Assembly (NCBI GenBank): GCA_028719205.1
Contig: JAQUKH010000011.1
Location: 1 to 63,586 of the forward strand
Source of the DNA: a bacterium
GTDB taxonomy: Bacteria; JACRDZ01; JAQUKH01
DNA length: 63,586 bases
Reading direction: 5' to 3'
Positions within the stretch are counted from its first letter, which is position 1, and every line of letters starts with the position of its first letter. The position numbers and the translations under genes were made by a program. Positions 28,287 to 39,028 of the stretch are shown piece by piece. Below the pieces are notes generated by a model. That model was not told the origin of the DNA, made no database searches, and saw only the letters and a program-made list of their open reading frames with translations.

Positions 28287-31200
28287 ATGAAAATTTCATT
28301 TCGAAATAAAATAAAAATTAAATCAATTTTTATTAATATTTTTATATTATTTCTTCTGGCCCAAAATAAAACTGACTCCTCATCAAATGTAAATTCAAAT
28401 CTTTTTAAAACGATAGCAATAAGAGTCAACCTGGCCAGCCATCCGCCGGTATTGGATCCGATCCCTGATATTACCGTACATGCCGGGAATAAAGTTATAT
28501 TCACGCCTACAGCTACGGATAAGGATGGAGATATTCTCACCTACAGCTATTCAGGCTGGATGAACGATTCTGTTTACACGACAAATATAAATGACGCTGG
28601 TAATAATGACGCGAGTGAACATTTTGTAACTGTGACAGTCTCAGATAGTAAATTAACCGACAGCCAGGAAGTAAAAATAACCGTGTGTAAAGCCTATTCT
28701 CCTCTTAGGTGCGTAAACATAAAACCTGAAGGGGTGGATGGAATGACTTTGTCAAACAGGATATTCCGAGCCTATCCGGGATTAGAGTATAATATAAGAG
28801 CGGCAGTTCTTGGCGGTATGTATCCTTATAAATTCTCTTGGGAAGCAAACAAACCCTCATGGTTATCCATAAATAAAAATACAGGTGAAATATCAGGAAT
28901 TGCCCCTGACGCGGGGTTTTTCAACGATATTAAAATTAAAATTACCGATAGTAAAGGAAACTCAATAACCGCCCAGTGGTCAATTGAAGTCACAACCGAA
29001 AATTTTATTTTTCTGGATGCCGTTAATGGAAACCCGTCTGTAAAAAACGGCGGAACCGCAACAGGAACAATTGATAATCCTTTCAGAAATGTTAAAGATT
29101 GGTATGGCACTGCCTCCAGCGACATATCCGGCTTTAATAATTACCAGGATTATTTTGTTTATTATAGAACAGGAATATATTATCTTGACGGTTATCTTGA
29201 CGCGAATAGAAATATGTCCTGTGACGGAAATAAACCTTCCGTTCATTTGGCATATCCCGGAGAATATCCAAAATTTAACATGGAAAATGGGAAAATATGG
29301 GTGGATCCGATTTATATTGACGGATTAGAGTTTTACAATATGAAGGATTATGGAATTCAAACCAAAGCAGGGAAATATTACTCCACATTCAGAAATTTAT
29401 ATATGCATGGCCTGAATCCCGTATCAGGGATAAACAATCAAGCTTTTATTAATGTAATTGCCGATACAAACCAGGGCAAAAACTGGATTTGGCAGGATTG
29501 TAAATTTGACAGTTCAAAACAAAACGGTATTGAAATAAATAACCTGGATAATTCATTGATCGAAGATTGTATTTTTACCGCGACTAACACCCATCCAATT
29601 TTCCCTAAGATTGCATGCAGTGATCTTACTATCAGGAATAATATTATTTCCGGAAACAAAGGAGATGGGATTTTTGCTTATTTAGCCGCAGACAGCACGG
29701 ATATAAATAAAAAAAGCGCCAATATAGAAATTTGTTTTAATAATATTTATAATTGCGCTGAAGCTGGCTTATCTGTAAACGCGGGATCATACGGGATACA
29801 AGGTCTTTATGCTTATAGAAATACAATACAAGGCAATATCGGGAAGGAATCTATTAAGATAGAAAATGTTGGTAAAAATCCTCCTGAAGGCCAATATGTT
29901 TTTGAAAATAATATAATAGTTAATTCTAGTTTAAAACATATTGTCTTTTTGAATTGCAGTGCGAATGCAATGAATTATATAAAAAATAATAATAATTTAA
30001 TTGGATACGCGGCAAACAATATTGTTGATTCTACGGGAAACATTAAAATATCTTATTTACAATATCTTGGGACTTACGGCTGGCAAACATATACTCCGCC
30101 TGAGATAAAACCACGCGTACCGGATATTACGACAAACGAAGACACCCCGATCACAGTATGTCTTACCGGTTACGAAAATGATAATTATGATTCAGGAATA
30201 AACCTTGACTGGAGCATATCTGGCGTTAATTCGTCTTTATTTACCGCCTTTATAGATATAAATTCTGATCTCTTAACAATAACACCGGTTGCAAATAAGT
30301 ACGGAGCAGATACAGTAACACTTTTGCTCACAAATTCAAAAGGCTTGACTGATACAACAGATATTAAAGTAACCGTTTATCCGGTTAATGACCCTCCGGT
30401 ATTAAATCCAATATCGGATATTATTTTAAATGAAGGGCAAGCTGTTACTTTTAATCCGTCCGCGACAGATATAGACAGCAATATCCTTACTTATACTTAT
30501 TCCGGATGGATGACAAGATCAAGTTATGTTACAAATTACAACGATGCCGGGATACATTATGTGACCGTGACTGTATCTGACGGCGCGTTAGCAAACAGTA
30601 AAACTGTGAAAGTAACTGTATTAAATGTCAACCGAGTTCCGACAGCTGTTCCGCAATCCCTCACTGTAAATGAAGATACACCACTAAACATAACTTTAAG
30701 AGGAACAGACCCTGATGGAGACGTTTTAACCTGCAGCATAACAGCTCTGCCTGTCCATGGAACCATATCCGGTATAGCGCCAAATGTTACCTATACTCCA
30801 AATTTAAATTACAACGGCAATGATTCATTTACATTTAAAGTCTCTGACGGCAAAATAAATTCATATACAGCAACGGTTTCAATAACAATAAAACCTATTA
30901 ACGACAAACCTGTATTAATACCTATAGGCAACAAATCAATTACAAGCGGCGCATTAAGATTTATTATTTACGCCTCCGATGTTGATAATAATATATTAAA
31001 ATATACAGCCGGCAACCTGCCAACAGGCGCTAATTTCAATCCGTTGACACATACATTTACCTGGATACCTGATTATAACCAGGCATCATTAAATTATCCA
31101 AACGTGCTTTTTACCGTAACTGATAACGGAATCCCGCCGGCAAGCTGTAGTGAAAGTATAACAATAACAACAGGCGCTATAAATCATCCTCCGGTATTAA

Positions 31201-32033
31201 ATCCGATAGGCAATAAAACAGTTAAGGAAGGAGAACTTCTGGAATTTACAGTAACCGGTTTCGATACTGATGGGGATAACTTAACATATACTGCCGGTAA
31301 TTTACCCGCAGGCTCCGATTTTGATCAATTAACACAGATCTTTACCTGGACGCCCGGATATAACCAATCGGCTAATTATACAAATATACTTTTTACTGTT
31401 TCAGATAATAATATTCCGCCGGAAACCGACAGCAAAAGTATTACAATAACAGTAGGAGATATGAATCATCCGCCGGTTTTAAATCCAATAGGAAATAAAG
31501 CGGTAAAGGAAAACGCGCTCCTGGAATTTTTTATAACAGGTACTGATGAAGATAATAATGTCTTAACATACTCCGCTAATAATTTACCGGCTGGAGCGGC
31601 ATTCGATTCATCAAGCCAGAAGTTCCAATGGTATCCGCAATACAACCAGGCCGGTAATTATGAAAGTGTATTATTCACGGTAACGGATAACGGAGTCCCG
31701 CCGGTAAGCAGCAGTGAAACAATAACTATAACAGTGGGGAATGTAAATCATCCACCGGTATTAAATCCAATAGGAAATAAAGCGGTAGCAGCAGGAGAAC
31801 TTCTTGAATTTGTAATAACGGGGAGCGATGTTGACGGCGATATATTAACTTACACGGCGGCTAATCTGCCTCCGGGCGCTTATTTTAATCCATCAACACA
31901 GACATTTACCTGGACGCCCGGATACAGCCAATCGGCAATTTATACAAACATAATTTTTACTGTAACGGATAACGGTGCCCCTCCGGCAACCAAAAATGAA
32001 AGTATAACAATAACGGTTTTTTCAACTAAATAG
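28287..32033 (+). CDS. Large secreted beta-helix/Ig-repeat protein, paralog 2
   Basis: Colinear with paralog 1 (SNRIFRAYPG.EYNI.AAVLGGMYPY, etc.). ATG 28287 preferred over TTG 28278. Confidence 0.85.
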   Translation: MKISFRNKIKIKSIFINIFILFLLAQNKTDSSSNVNSNLFKTIAIRVNLASHPPVLDPIPDITVHAGNKVIFTPTATDKDGDILTYSYSGWMNDSVYTTNINDAGNNDASEHFVTVTVSDSKLTDSQEVKITVCKAYSPLRCVNIKPEGVDGMTLSNRIFRAYPGLEYNIRAAVLGGMYPYKFSWEANKPSWLSINKNTGEISGIAPDAGFFNDIKIKITDSKGNSITAQWSIEVTTENFIFLDAVNGNPSVKNGGTATGTIDNPFRNVKDWYGTASSDISGFNNYQDYFVYYRTGIYYLDGYLDANRNMSCDGNKPSVHLAYPGEYPKFNMENGKIWVDPIYIDGLEFYNMKDYGIQTKAGKYYSTFRNLYMHGLNPVSGINNQAFINVIADTNQGKNWIWQDCKFDSSKQNGIEINNLDNSLIEDCIFTATNTHPIFPKIACSDLTIRNNIISGNKGDGIFAYLAADSTDINKKSANIEICFNNIYNCAEAGLSVNAGSYGIQGLYAYRNTIQGNIGKESIKIENVGKNPPEGQYVFENNIIVNSSLKHIVFLNCSANAMNYIKNNNNLIGYAANNIVDSTGNIKISYLQYLGTYGWQTYTPPEIKPRVPDITTNEDTPITVCLTGYENDNYDSGINLDWSISGVNSSLFTAFIDINSDLLTITPVANKYGADTVTLLLTNSKGLTDTTDIKVTVYPVNDPPVLNPISDIILNEGQAVTFNPSATDIDSNILTYTYSGWMTRSSYVTNYNDAGIHYVTVTVSDGALANSKTVKVTVLNVNRVPTAVPQSLTVNEDTPLNITLRGTDPDGDVLTCSITALPVHGTISGIAPNVTYTPNLNYNGNDSFTFKVSDGKINSYTATVSITIKPINDKPVLIPIGNKSITSGALRFIIYASDVDNNILKYTAGNLPTGANFNPLTHTFTWIPDYNQASLNYPNVLFTVTDNGIPPASCSESITITTGAINHPPVLNPIGNKTVKEGELLEFTVTGFDTDGDNLTYTAGNLPAGSDFDQLTQIFTWTPGYNQSANYTNILFTVSDNNIPPETDSKSITITVGDMNHPPVLNPIGNKAVKENALLEFFITGTDEDNNVLTYSANNLPAGAAFDSSSQKFQWYPQYNQAGNYESVLFTVTDNGVPPVSSSETITITVGNVNHPPVLNPIGNKAVAAGELLEFVITGSDVDGDILTYTAANLPPGAYFNPSTQTFTWTPGYSQSAIYTNIIFTVTDNGAPPATKNESITITVFSTK
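31001..31979 (+). repeat. ~979-bp direct repeat, copy 2
   Basis: Apparently identical to 25209-26187. Confidence 0.9.
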
Positions 32034-32158
32034 GCATAAACTCATTTATTTTTCTTCCTTGATAACTCGCAAAATATAACAAAATTTAAATTAAATTTTT
32101 ATTAAAATGAAATTAAAATATTTTAATTTTTTGCGCAGGCAATTATATTGATTTTAAT

Positions 32159-33142
32159 TTATGAATTATAGATATTTGACAGGTGACATGCGGTAAAATG
32201 CCCAAGCTTGGTTTCTCTTAATTCCGGTTCTTTCTCTAAACATATTTTCTCCACAAACGGGCATCGTGACTGAAAACGGCATCCCACCGGCAGGTCGATG
32301 GCGGAAGGGATATCCCCTCTAAGGGCTTTCTTTTCAATGTGTACCCTGATCTCTCCCTCGACGAATGGTTTTGGAATAGCGGCTAATAGACTTTTAGTGT
32401 AGGGATGTTCCGGATTTTTGAATAATTCATCCCTCGCGGCAAATTCAACGATCCTGCCCAGATACATTACCGCGACTTTATCGCTTATAAATTCGATAAC
32501 CCTGAGGTCATGTGAAATAAAAAGATAAGTCAGATTAAATTTTTCTTTTAGATCTTTAAAAAGATTTATGATCTGAGCCTGAATCGAAACATCAAGAGAA
32601 GACACGGGCTCATCAGCCACCAGAAATTCAGGTTCAACGGACAAAGCGCGCGCCAGAGAGATCCTTTGCCTCTGCCCGCCGCTGAATTCATGAGGGTATC
32701 TTTTAAGATAATCTTTATCCAGCCCGACAAGATCCATTAAAGAACTGATCTTCTCATCTTTTTCTTTTTTATCTTTCGCGAGGTGATGAATATTGATCCC
32801 TTCTGATAAAAGGGATCTGACATTCATCCTTGGATTAAGCGAACTGAACGGGTCCTGGAACACAACCTGCAGCCTCTTTCTCCATGTTAAACCCTTCTTT
32901 TTTGAAATATCCTCCCCCTCAAAAATAATATTTCCTTCCGTCGGTTCATAAAGCCCCGCGATCAGCCTTCCCACAGTCGATTTCCCGCATCCCGATTCCC
33001 CGACAAGCCCCAGCGTTTCACCCCGTTTTATGGAAAATGAAATATCATCAACGGCCTTTACCTGTTCAGTCGCCTCTTTCCATATCCCGGTTTTTAGCGG
33101 GAAATATTTCTTTAGATTTTTGACTTCCAAGATTGTATCCAT
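32159..33142 (-). CDS. oppF: Oligopeptide/dipeptide ABC transporter ATP-binding protein (OppF/DppF)
   Basis: [35 protein letters not shown], Cys-rich C-terminus. Confidence 0.92.
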   Translation of the reverse strand: MDTILEVKNLKKYFPLKTGIWKEATEQVKAVDDISFSIKRGETLGLVGESGCGKSTVGRLIAGLYEPTEGNIIFEGEDISKKKGLTWRKRLQVVFQDPFSSLNPRMNVRSLLSEGINIHHLAKDKKEKDEKISSLMDLVGLDKDYLKRYPHEFSGGQRQRISLARALSVEPEFLVADEPVSSLDVSIQAQIINLFKDLKEKFNLTYLFISHDLRVIEFISDKVAVMYLGRIVEFAARDELFKNPEHPYTKSLLAAIPKPFVEGEIRVHIEKKALRGDIPSAIDLPVGCRFQSRCPFVEKICLEKEPELRETKLGHFTACHLSNIYNS

Positions 33143-33245
33143 TTTAGGCCCTTTGCATTCCGATTATTATAAGATAATTATTAAAACCATGCAACACCAG
33201 AATATTTATGCTTGTTTGTCTTGATAGTAAGTTGAAGGGTAAATG

Positions 33246-33575
33246 TTAAAAAAATTTATCCGCAGGCCTTCTTTCGGGCACAAAAAAATGCGGGGTTTTA
33301 TCTTCATTCCACTCTAATGAAACATACAGGCCGCAAAAACATGCCCCGTATTGTTTTACGTCTGCCTCCCTGTATGCGCAGGGGCACATAATATCCCTGT
33401 CTTTTTCACGGTCACCCGCGGCTAATCTGCATGGACACGACATATAACCGTAGCGTTCTTTGTTTTTTACAAGCCCTGCCAGCACATCCAGGGTAAATTT
33501 TTTATCTTTATTGAAATAATATCCCTTGGGCTCGTTTATCTTTTTTAGTATTTCAAAAAGTTCTTCTGTATTCAT
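33246..33575 (-). CDS. Ferredoxin:thioredoxin reductase catalytic subunit-like protein
   Basis: YGYMSCPCR, DIMCPC and GACFCGLY 4Fe-4S/disulfide motifs. Confidence 0.9.
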   Translation of the reverse strand: MNTEELFEILKKINEPKGYYFNKDKKFTLDVLAGLVKNKERYGYMSCPCRLAAGDREKDRDIMCPCAYREADVKQYGACFCGLYVSLEWNEDKTPHFFVPERRPADKFF

Positions 33576-33826
33576 TGCATTCCCATCTCTTTTTTAATTT
33601 CATTCTCGTTAAATCCAACTATAACTTTATTCCCGATTACAATTATCGGAAACGCGATCTCAGTGCTTAATTTCCTGATTTCTTTCATAACGGCGCTACG
33701 CTCCTCCCCCTTAAGCAGATCAACATCCACATAAGTATAATCAGCATTACAGTCATCAAAAAATTTTTTAGTATTCTGGCAATGTATACAGGTGCTTAAT
33801 GTATAAAGTTTTATTTTTGGTTTCAT
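33572..33826 (-). CDS. Glutaredoxin (NrdH-like)
   Basis: LSTCIHC, FP, IVGF; ATGA overlap with the FTR gene. Confidence 0.9.
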   Translation of the reverse strand: MKPKIKLYTLSTCIHCQNTKKFFDDCNADYTYVDVDLLKGEERSAVMKEIRKLSTEIAFPIIVIGNKVIVGFNENEIKKEMGMQ

Positions 33827-33906
33827 TTTACGCCCTCCATTAATAAGTATTCCATATATCCATATTTTTTATTATCCTACTTTATTTTAAATAAAGCAAT
33901 TAAAAT

Positions 33907-34872
33907 TTATGGGTAGAGCCAGCATCTAACCGAAGAATTACCGGAAATATTTTTTAATTGCGGTTCATCTTTACGGCAGATATCCATTACCTTAGAACAG
34001 CGCGGATGGAATTTACATCCTGGAATATTTTCCAGAGGATTCGGGACATTCCCGGGAATAGTCTCTAACCTTGTTTTGCCATACTGCTTCCCCAGTTTTG
34101 GCAATGATTTTAAAAGCCCTACCGTGTAAGGGTGCAATGTATTTGAAAAAAGCCCTTCAGTCAATTGCTCTTCAACGATCCTGCCCGCGTACATTACAAT
34201 GACCCGCTCGCAAACATCATAGACAACGCCCAGGTCATGCGTGATCAAAAAAAGTGACATATTGAATTTTTGTTTTAATTCCCTGAGGAGTTCAAGTATC
34301 TGCGCCTGGATGGTAACATCCAGCGCGGTTGTAGGTTCGTCAGCTATCAAAATATCCGGCCGGCATGCCAGAGCCATAGCTATCATCACGCGCTGGCGCA
34401 TACCACCTGAAAGGCGGTGAGGATACTCATTAACACGCAATTCAGGAGACGGAATACCTACAAGCCTGAGTAATTCTATTATTTCTTTTTTTCTCTCTTC
34501 TTTATTTAATTCTTTGCGATGCAGACGAAAACTTTCTTCTATCTGATTACCGATAGTAAAAAGAGGGTTTAAGGATGTCATCGGTTCCTGAAAGATCATC
34601 GCCGCTTTGTTCCCCCGAAAGGCCGTAAGCTCCTTGGGATTAAATTCCAAAATATTTTTTTCTTTAAACCAGATCTCTCCGGAAACAATTTTCCCAGGCG
34701 GGCTTTGAATTAATTTCAATAAAGACAATGCCGTAACACTCTTTCCGCAGCCTGATTCGCCTACCAGTCCCACGGATTCTTTTTCTTTGATCTGGAAACT
34801 TACATCTTCAACGGCAGGCAAAACCCCTTCATCTATAAAAAAATTTACCGAAAGATTTTTCACTTGTAACAT
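33907..34872 (-). CDS. oppD: Oligopeptide/dipeptide ABC transporter ATP-binding protein (OppD/DppD)
   Basis: [40 protein letters not shown]. Confidence 0.93.
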   Translation of the reverse strand: MLQVKNLSVNFFIDEGVLPAVEDVSFQIKEKESVGLVGESGCGKSVTALSLLKLIQSPPGKIVSGEIWFKEKNILEFNPKELTAFRGNKAAMIFQEPMTSLNPLFTIGNQIEESFRLHRKELNKEERKKEIIELLRLVGIPSPELRVNEYPHRLSGGMRQRVMIAMALACRPDILIADEPTTALDVTIQAQILELLRELKQKFNMSLFLITHDLGVVYDVCERVIVMYAGRIVEEQLTEGLFSNTLHPYTVGLLKSLPKLGKQYGKTRLETIPGNVPNPLENIPGCKFHPRCSKVMDICRKDEPQLKNISGNSSVRCWLYP

Positions 34873-35041
34873 ATTTTAGATTATAGCATCATAAATACAT
34901 TAACCACAATATAAAAGATATATCCTTAAATTCAAAAAAAGAGGAATGGTTATACGGATTATCCTTTTACCTCATAAAATAAATTATTCCCATTATAATT
35001 TTAATGAAAATATCTTTGATAGAAAAGTTTATATTCATTGA

Positions 35042-36172
35042 TCAGCGGCGGTGTTCATATTCTTTTTGGGGAGAAATATTAAAAGGCCGTTGAACTGGCG
35101 CGTTAGGTGCAGTATACGATTTGATTTCTCTCTCGTGCCAATTTTGCAGCAGGTTGCGTTCACGGGACTTATCTTCCTGGAAGGCGTTAAACTCCCTATT
35201 ATGCTGATTTTTTAGCTCTTCATTATTAATGTTACGTGCGGGATTTTGCAATTCCCGCTCATGATCTTCTTTCAATTGGCGTTCGCGATTTTGCTGAATT
35301 TCTTCCAGAGCCCGCATTTCAGACTCATGCCTGTTTTTCAGCTCCGGTGGTTCATTCTGTAAATTAAGAGGTTGTTCGCTGCGCACAGACTCTTTTTTAT
35401 TCTCAGGCTTGAAGATATGCAGTTCATTTCCCTTTACACCATAGTTAATCAGAGAATTTTCTTCAGAGATCTTATAATGATTTACAGGGTGCCCAACCGA
35501 CTTTGTAATATCTTCTTCAAGAGGAAAATGGTTTACAGCGCGATTATTTATTATTTTAATACTATTACGCACAATGTTTGTCTGCTTGAAAATAGTAATA
35601 TTACGCGCAGGTTCAATTATCTTATGCGCTATATCGGCATCAGTAAAATCCTTTTTGCGAACGAAAATAAAAGAGTGCCGGGGCAAATCATCCGCGTCAT
35701 GGTCACTAAATTCCAATCCGATGCCCTCACGCCAAAAAGCCCGCGGCGGCAAAGGAGCCCAGCCGATCCAATCGCCTCCGGTCCGCCAGACAACCCAGTT
35801 CGGAGCCCACATCGTATCCGGGTACCATAGCCAGCCATAGTAATCATCATAAAACCAGCGGCCATAATGAAAACACGCCCAGCCCCATGAATAGTCAGAT
35901 ACCCATACCCAGCCATCATCAGTATACAACCAATGCCCGTTCGTATATGGCCGCCAGTCTATCGGCATATCATAAGGCCGCCATGTCCAGTTATATGTAT
36001 CATGGAATATCCATTCGCCATAAGGATCCAGGTCTCTATAGAAGTAACGTATTCTTTCATCGGCCTTTTCTGGTATTATAGCAGCAGTTTGACTTTTTTG
36101 AATTAACAACTGGATACTGCTAAAAATTAAAACTAAATAAACAACAATTAAAATGACAGTATTTTTTTTCAT
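35042..36172 (-). CDS. DUF6600-like Trp/Tyr/Pro-rich exported protein
   Basis: L.PYG.W, WRPY..GHW, WGWA.FHYGRW, W.GWAPLPP; charged helical C-terminus. Confidence 0.8.
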   Translation of the reverse strand: MKKNTVILIVVYLVLIFSSIQLLIQKSQTAAIIPEKADERIRYFYRDLDPYGEWIFHDTYNWTWRPYDMPIDWRPYTNGHWLYTDDGWVWVSDYSWGWACFHYGRWFYDDYYGWLWYPDTMWAPNWVVWRTGGDWIGWAPLPPRAFWREGIGLEFSDHDADDLPRHSFIFVRKKDFTDADIAHKIIEPARNITIFKQTNIVRNSIKIINNRAVNHFPLEEDITKSVGHPVNHYKISEENSLINYGVKGNELHIFKPENKKESVRSEQPLNLQNEPPELKNRHESEMRALEEIQQNRERQLKEDHERELQNPARNINNEELKNQHNREFNAFQEDKSRERNLLQNWHEREIKSYTAPNAPVQRPFNISPQKEYEHRR

Positions 36173-36419
36173 ATATCACTTTTTTTAATATTTAATTTAT
36201 ATTCTAACTTTAATTTAAAATTAAATCAATTGGCAGAACACACCTTTTTCTGTCTTTTTTGTACCTTCTAAAAATTAGAAAAAAGTTGAAAATAATCAGC
36301 AAAATATTTATTTATAAGGATACTTTTTCTTTAATTTTAAAACTTGCTTCTCAACAGTGGGGAAAAAAATAATTTATTAAAGATTTTTTGCTTGTAACAT
36401 GGCAGGATTAGACTGGATC

Positions 36420-36959
36420 TTACTTATATTGATCGTGATATTTCTCCTTTTGCCGATAAAGAAAACTTATTATTCTGCGGGCATCTTCAATACTGTTATC
36501 AGCAACGGCCTTCTTTAAATCATAAGCCACCTGCTTTAAATGTTCCATTCCCAGAAGCAATTCAGGTTTACTCTGCTTTATTGAAGCATCTATTATATCA
36601 ATTAAATTCTGTGCTTCCCAGTCGGTTAAAATGCTACCGTTGGAAATCTGCAGATTAGCTGCATTTAAAGTATCACGCAATTGTTTTTTGAGCTCTTTAT
36701 AGGAGGCCTGAGGTTTTAGAACATCTAACTGAATTTCAGGTGAACTATCTGCCGAATTATTATTCCACTTGAAGGAAAACTTGAACTTAGAATATCCATC
36801 ATCATTCTTATATTTATACTTAACCTCTAATTTCTTGGGTATTTTTATTTCATTTTTTTTAATTGAGATCTTCCCCCCGGCTAATTGATCAGCTAATCTG
36901 AATAATAATCCGGCTAATTCTTCTCTGGTAGCTGTGGTTTGCTCTTTTAATTTTAGCAT
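36420..36959 (-). CDS. Amphi-Trp domain plus XXXCH-like domain protein
   Basis: REELA..L..LA.QL..G.I...P......Y......KF.F...W N-domain; C-domain YKELKK.L...KEKYHDQYK. Confidence 0.6.
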   Translation of the reverse strand: MLKLKEQTTATREELAGLLFRLADQLAGGKISIKKNEIKIPKKLEVKYKYKNDDGYSKFKFSFKWNNNSADSSPEIQLDVLKPQASYKELKKQLRDTLNAANLQISNGSILTDWEAQNLIDIIDASIKQSKPELLLGMEHLKQVAYDLKKAVADNSIEDARRIISFLYRQKEKYHDQYK

Positions 36960-37057
36960 TTGATTTCCCCCGCTTTTTCAGAAAGTATTAGGAAATATTT
37001 AAATATTAATATAACCACACAAAATTAAGACAGTCAAGAAAAATTTTTTAAATAGTT

Positions 37058-39028
37058 TTATTCATACCGCAAGGCTTCTACCGGATTAAGCATTGAAGCC
37101 TGTTTCGCAGGCCATAGGCCGAAACCAATACCGATAACTACGGAAAAAGTTGTTGAAAGGATTATTGAGAAGGCAGAAATACTTGTCGGCCAGCCGGCAA
37201 TTTTCGCCATTGCTATCGAAACGCCGCAGCCAAATAAAATTCCCAAAAGTCCTCCGAGCGAAGTCATAACTACAGATTCAATTAAAAATTGAGTCATTAT
37301 ATCAATTCTCCGGGCTCCGATTGCTTTGCGAAGGCCGATTTCTTTTGTCCGCTCGGTAACAGAAACAAGCATTATATTCATTATGCCTATCCCTCCGACA
37401 ATCAAAGAAATGGTTGCTATTGACCCTAAAAGCCACGCGAGAGTTTTAGAGGTACTCTCCATTGCTTCCTGGATATCCGCCATGTTTCTGATCTGAAACG
37501 CGTCATCCGTGTTTTTCACGGAAACATGGTGCCGCGTATTAAGTAATTTTTTTATCGCATCCTGAGCCTCAGGCATTAACGCGGGGTCTTTTATTTCAGC
37601 ATCAATAGAATCTATATATTCTTTCCCGAAAAGCCGGTACATCGCTGTTGTCACAGGAATTACAATAACATCATCAAAATCGCGCCAGCCGTTATTACCT
37701 TTCTCCGGTAAAATTCCGATAACCAGAAAATTCTCGTTATTTATTTTTATGGTCGCGTTAAGAGGATCCCCATCTCCAAAAATCTGACGGATAACAGTTT
37801 TCCCGATTACAGCTACCTTCTGCCTGCCAGCTAACTCATCTTTAGAAAAAAATCGTCCCGCCACAGGTTCGGCCGCACGCATCGAGGCATAATTTATGCC
37901 TGTTCCCTGAATAAAAGTACTCCAGTTTTTATCGCCATAAACAACCTGCCCCCTGCCGTTCGATGAGGGAGAAATCATCTTTACAGGTGATAAATTTGCT
38001 ATTAAATCCGCGTCCTGCATAGTCAAACGAGTAACTGCCGCGGCGCCTAAAGATACCCCGCGTATTTCTGCCGAACCCGGCCTTATCATTAAAAGGTTTG
38101 AACCTAAAGAGGCCAGCCTTTTCGCGATTGATTCTTTCGCGCCCTGGCCCAAAGCCAGCATCGCGATAACCGCGGCTACCCCGATAAAAATACCCAGCAT
38201 TGAAAGGGCCGTCCTCATCTTGTGAGAAAGGATTGCCTGCACAGCCTGCCGCAAATGATCCTGAAATTCGGCCCTGCCCACAGGAGAATAATCTTCACAA
38301 ATTTCAGACCCTTCTTCTTTAATTTTACCCGATGGACAAAGTTCAACAGGAGTTGTGGGAATTTTAGTTTCATCAGAGATAATTTTTCCGTCACGCATCT
38401 TTATAACTCTTTTGGCATGAAGGGCAACATCAGGTTCGTGGGTTATCATTACAATGGTTTTACCTTTTTTATTAAGGTCTTTAAAAATCTGCATCACCTC
38501 TTCCTGGCTTTTTGTGTCCAGGTTACCGGTCGGTTCGTCCGCGAATATTAATACCGGGTCATTAACAAGAGCGCGCGCGATCGCTACTCTCTGCTGCTGA
38601 CCACCGGAGAGTTCATTAGTGTAATTCTTTTTTTTATCTCCTAAGCCAACATCCTTCATATTTTTGTCCGCGTTTTTAAATAAATATTTGCGGCCGCCGT
38701 ATATTAAGGGAAGCTTAACGTTTTCAAGGGTAGTTAATCTCGGGATTAAGTGAAACTGCTGGAAGACAAAACCTATCGATTGATTCCTTAGAAATGCCAA
38801 TTCATCTTCAGTTAATTTAGAGGTATCTTTTCCGTTAAAAAAATATTCTCCTGAATCCGGGCGGTCCAGGAACCCTAAAAGATGAAGCATAGTTGATTTT
38901 CCTGAACCCGATGGCCCCATAATGGCAACAAATTCACCCGCTTCAACCTTAAGGTCAACTCCAAGAAGTGCTTTAAACTCAATCTTACCCATCCTGTATG
39001 TTTTTGTAAGATTTTTTATTTCAATCAT
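37058..39028 (-). CDS. macB: MacB-family fused ABC ATPase/permease, copy A
   Basis: [56 protein letters not shown]. Confidence 0.93.
   Translation of the reverse strand: MIEIKNLTKTYRMGKIEFKALLGVDLKVEAGEFVAIMGPSGSGKSTMLHLLGFLDRPDSGEYFFNGKDTSKLTEDELAFLRNQSIGFVFQQFHLIPRLTTLENVKLPLIYGGRKYLFKNADKNMKDVGLGDKKKNYTNELSGGQQQRVAIARALVNDPVLIFADEPTGNLDTKSQEEVMQIFKDLNKKGKTIVMITHEPDVALHAKRVIKMRDGKIISDETKIPTTPVELCPSGKIKEEGSEICEDYSPVGRAEFQDHLRQAVQAILSHKMRTALSMLGIFIGVAAVIAMLALGQGAKESIAKRLASLGSNLLMIRPGSAEIRGVSLGAAAVTRLTMQDADLIANLSPVKMISPSSNGRGQVVYGDKNWSTFIQGTGINYASMRAAEPVAGRFFSKDELAGRQKVAVIGKTVIRQIFGDGDPLNATIKINNENFLVIGILPEKGNNGWRDFDDVIVIPVTTAMYRLFGKEYIDSIDAEIKDPALMPEAQDAIKKLLNTRHHVSVKNTDDAFQIRNMADIQEAMESTSKTLAWLLGSIATISLIVGGIGIMNIMLVSVTERTKEIGLRKAIGARRIDIMTQFLIESVVMTSLGGLLGILFGCGVSIAMAKIAGWPTSISAFSIILSTTFSVVIGIGFGLWPAKQASMLNPVEALRYE

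Noticed and set aside
22249-32033. Diversity-generating retroelement (TR/VR pair)
   Set aside because: No reverse transcriptase; the repeats are either identical or differ at all base types rather than adenine-specifically, and both copies are coding.
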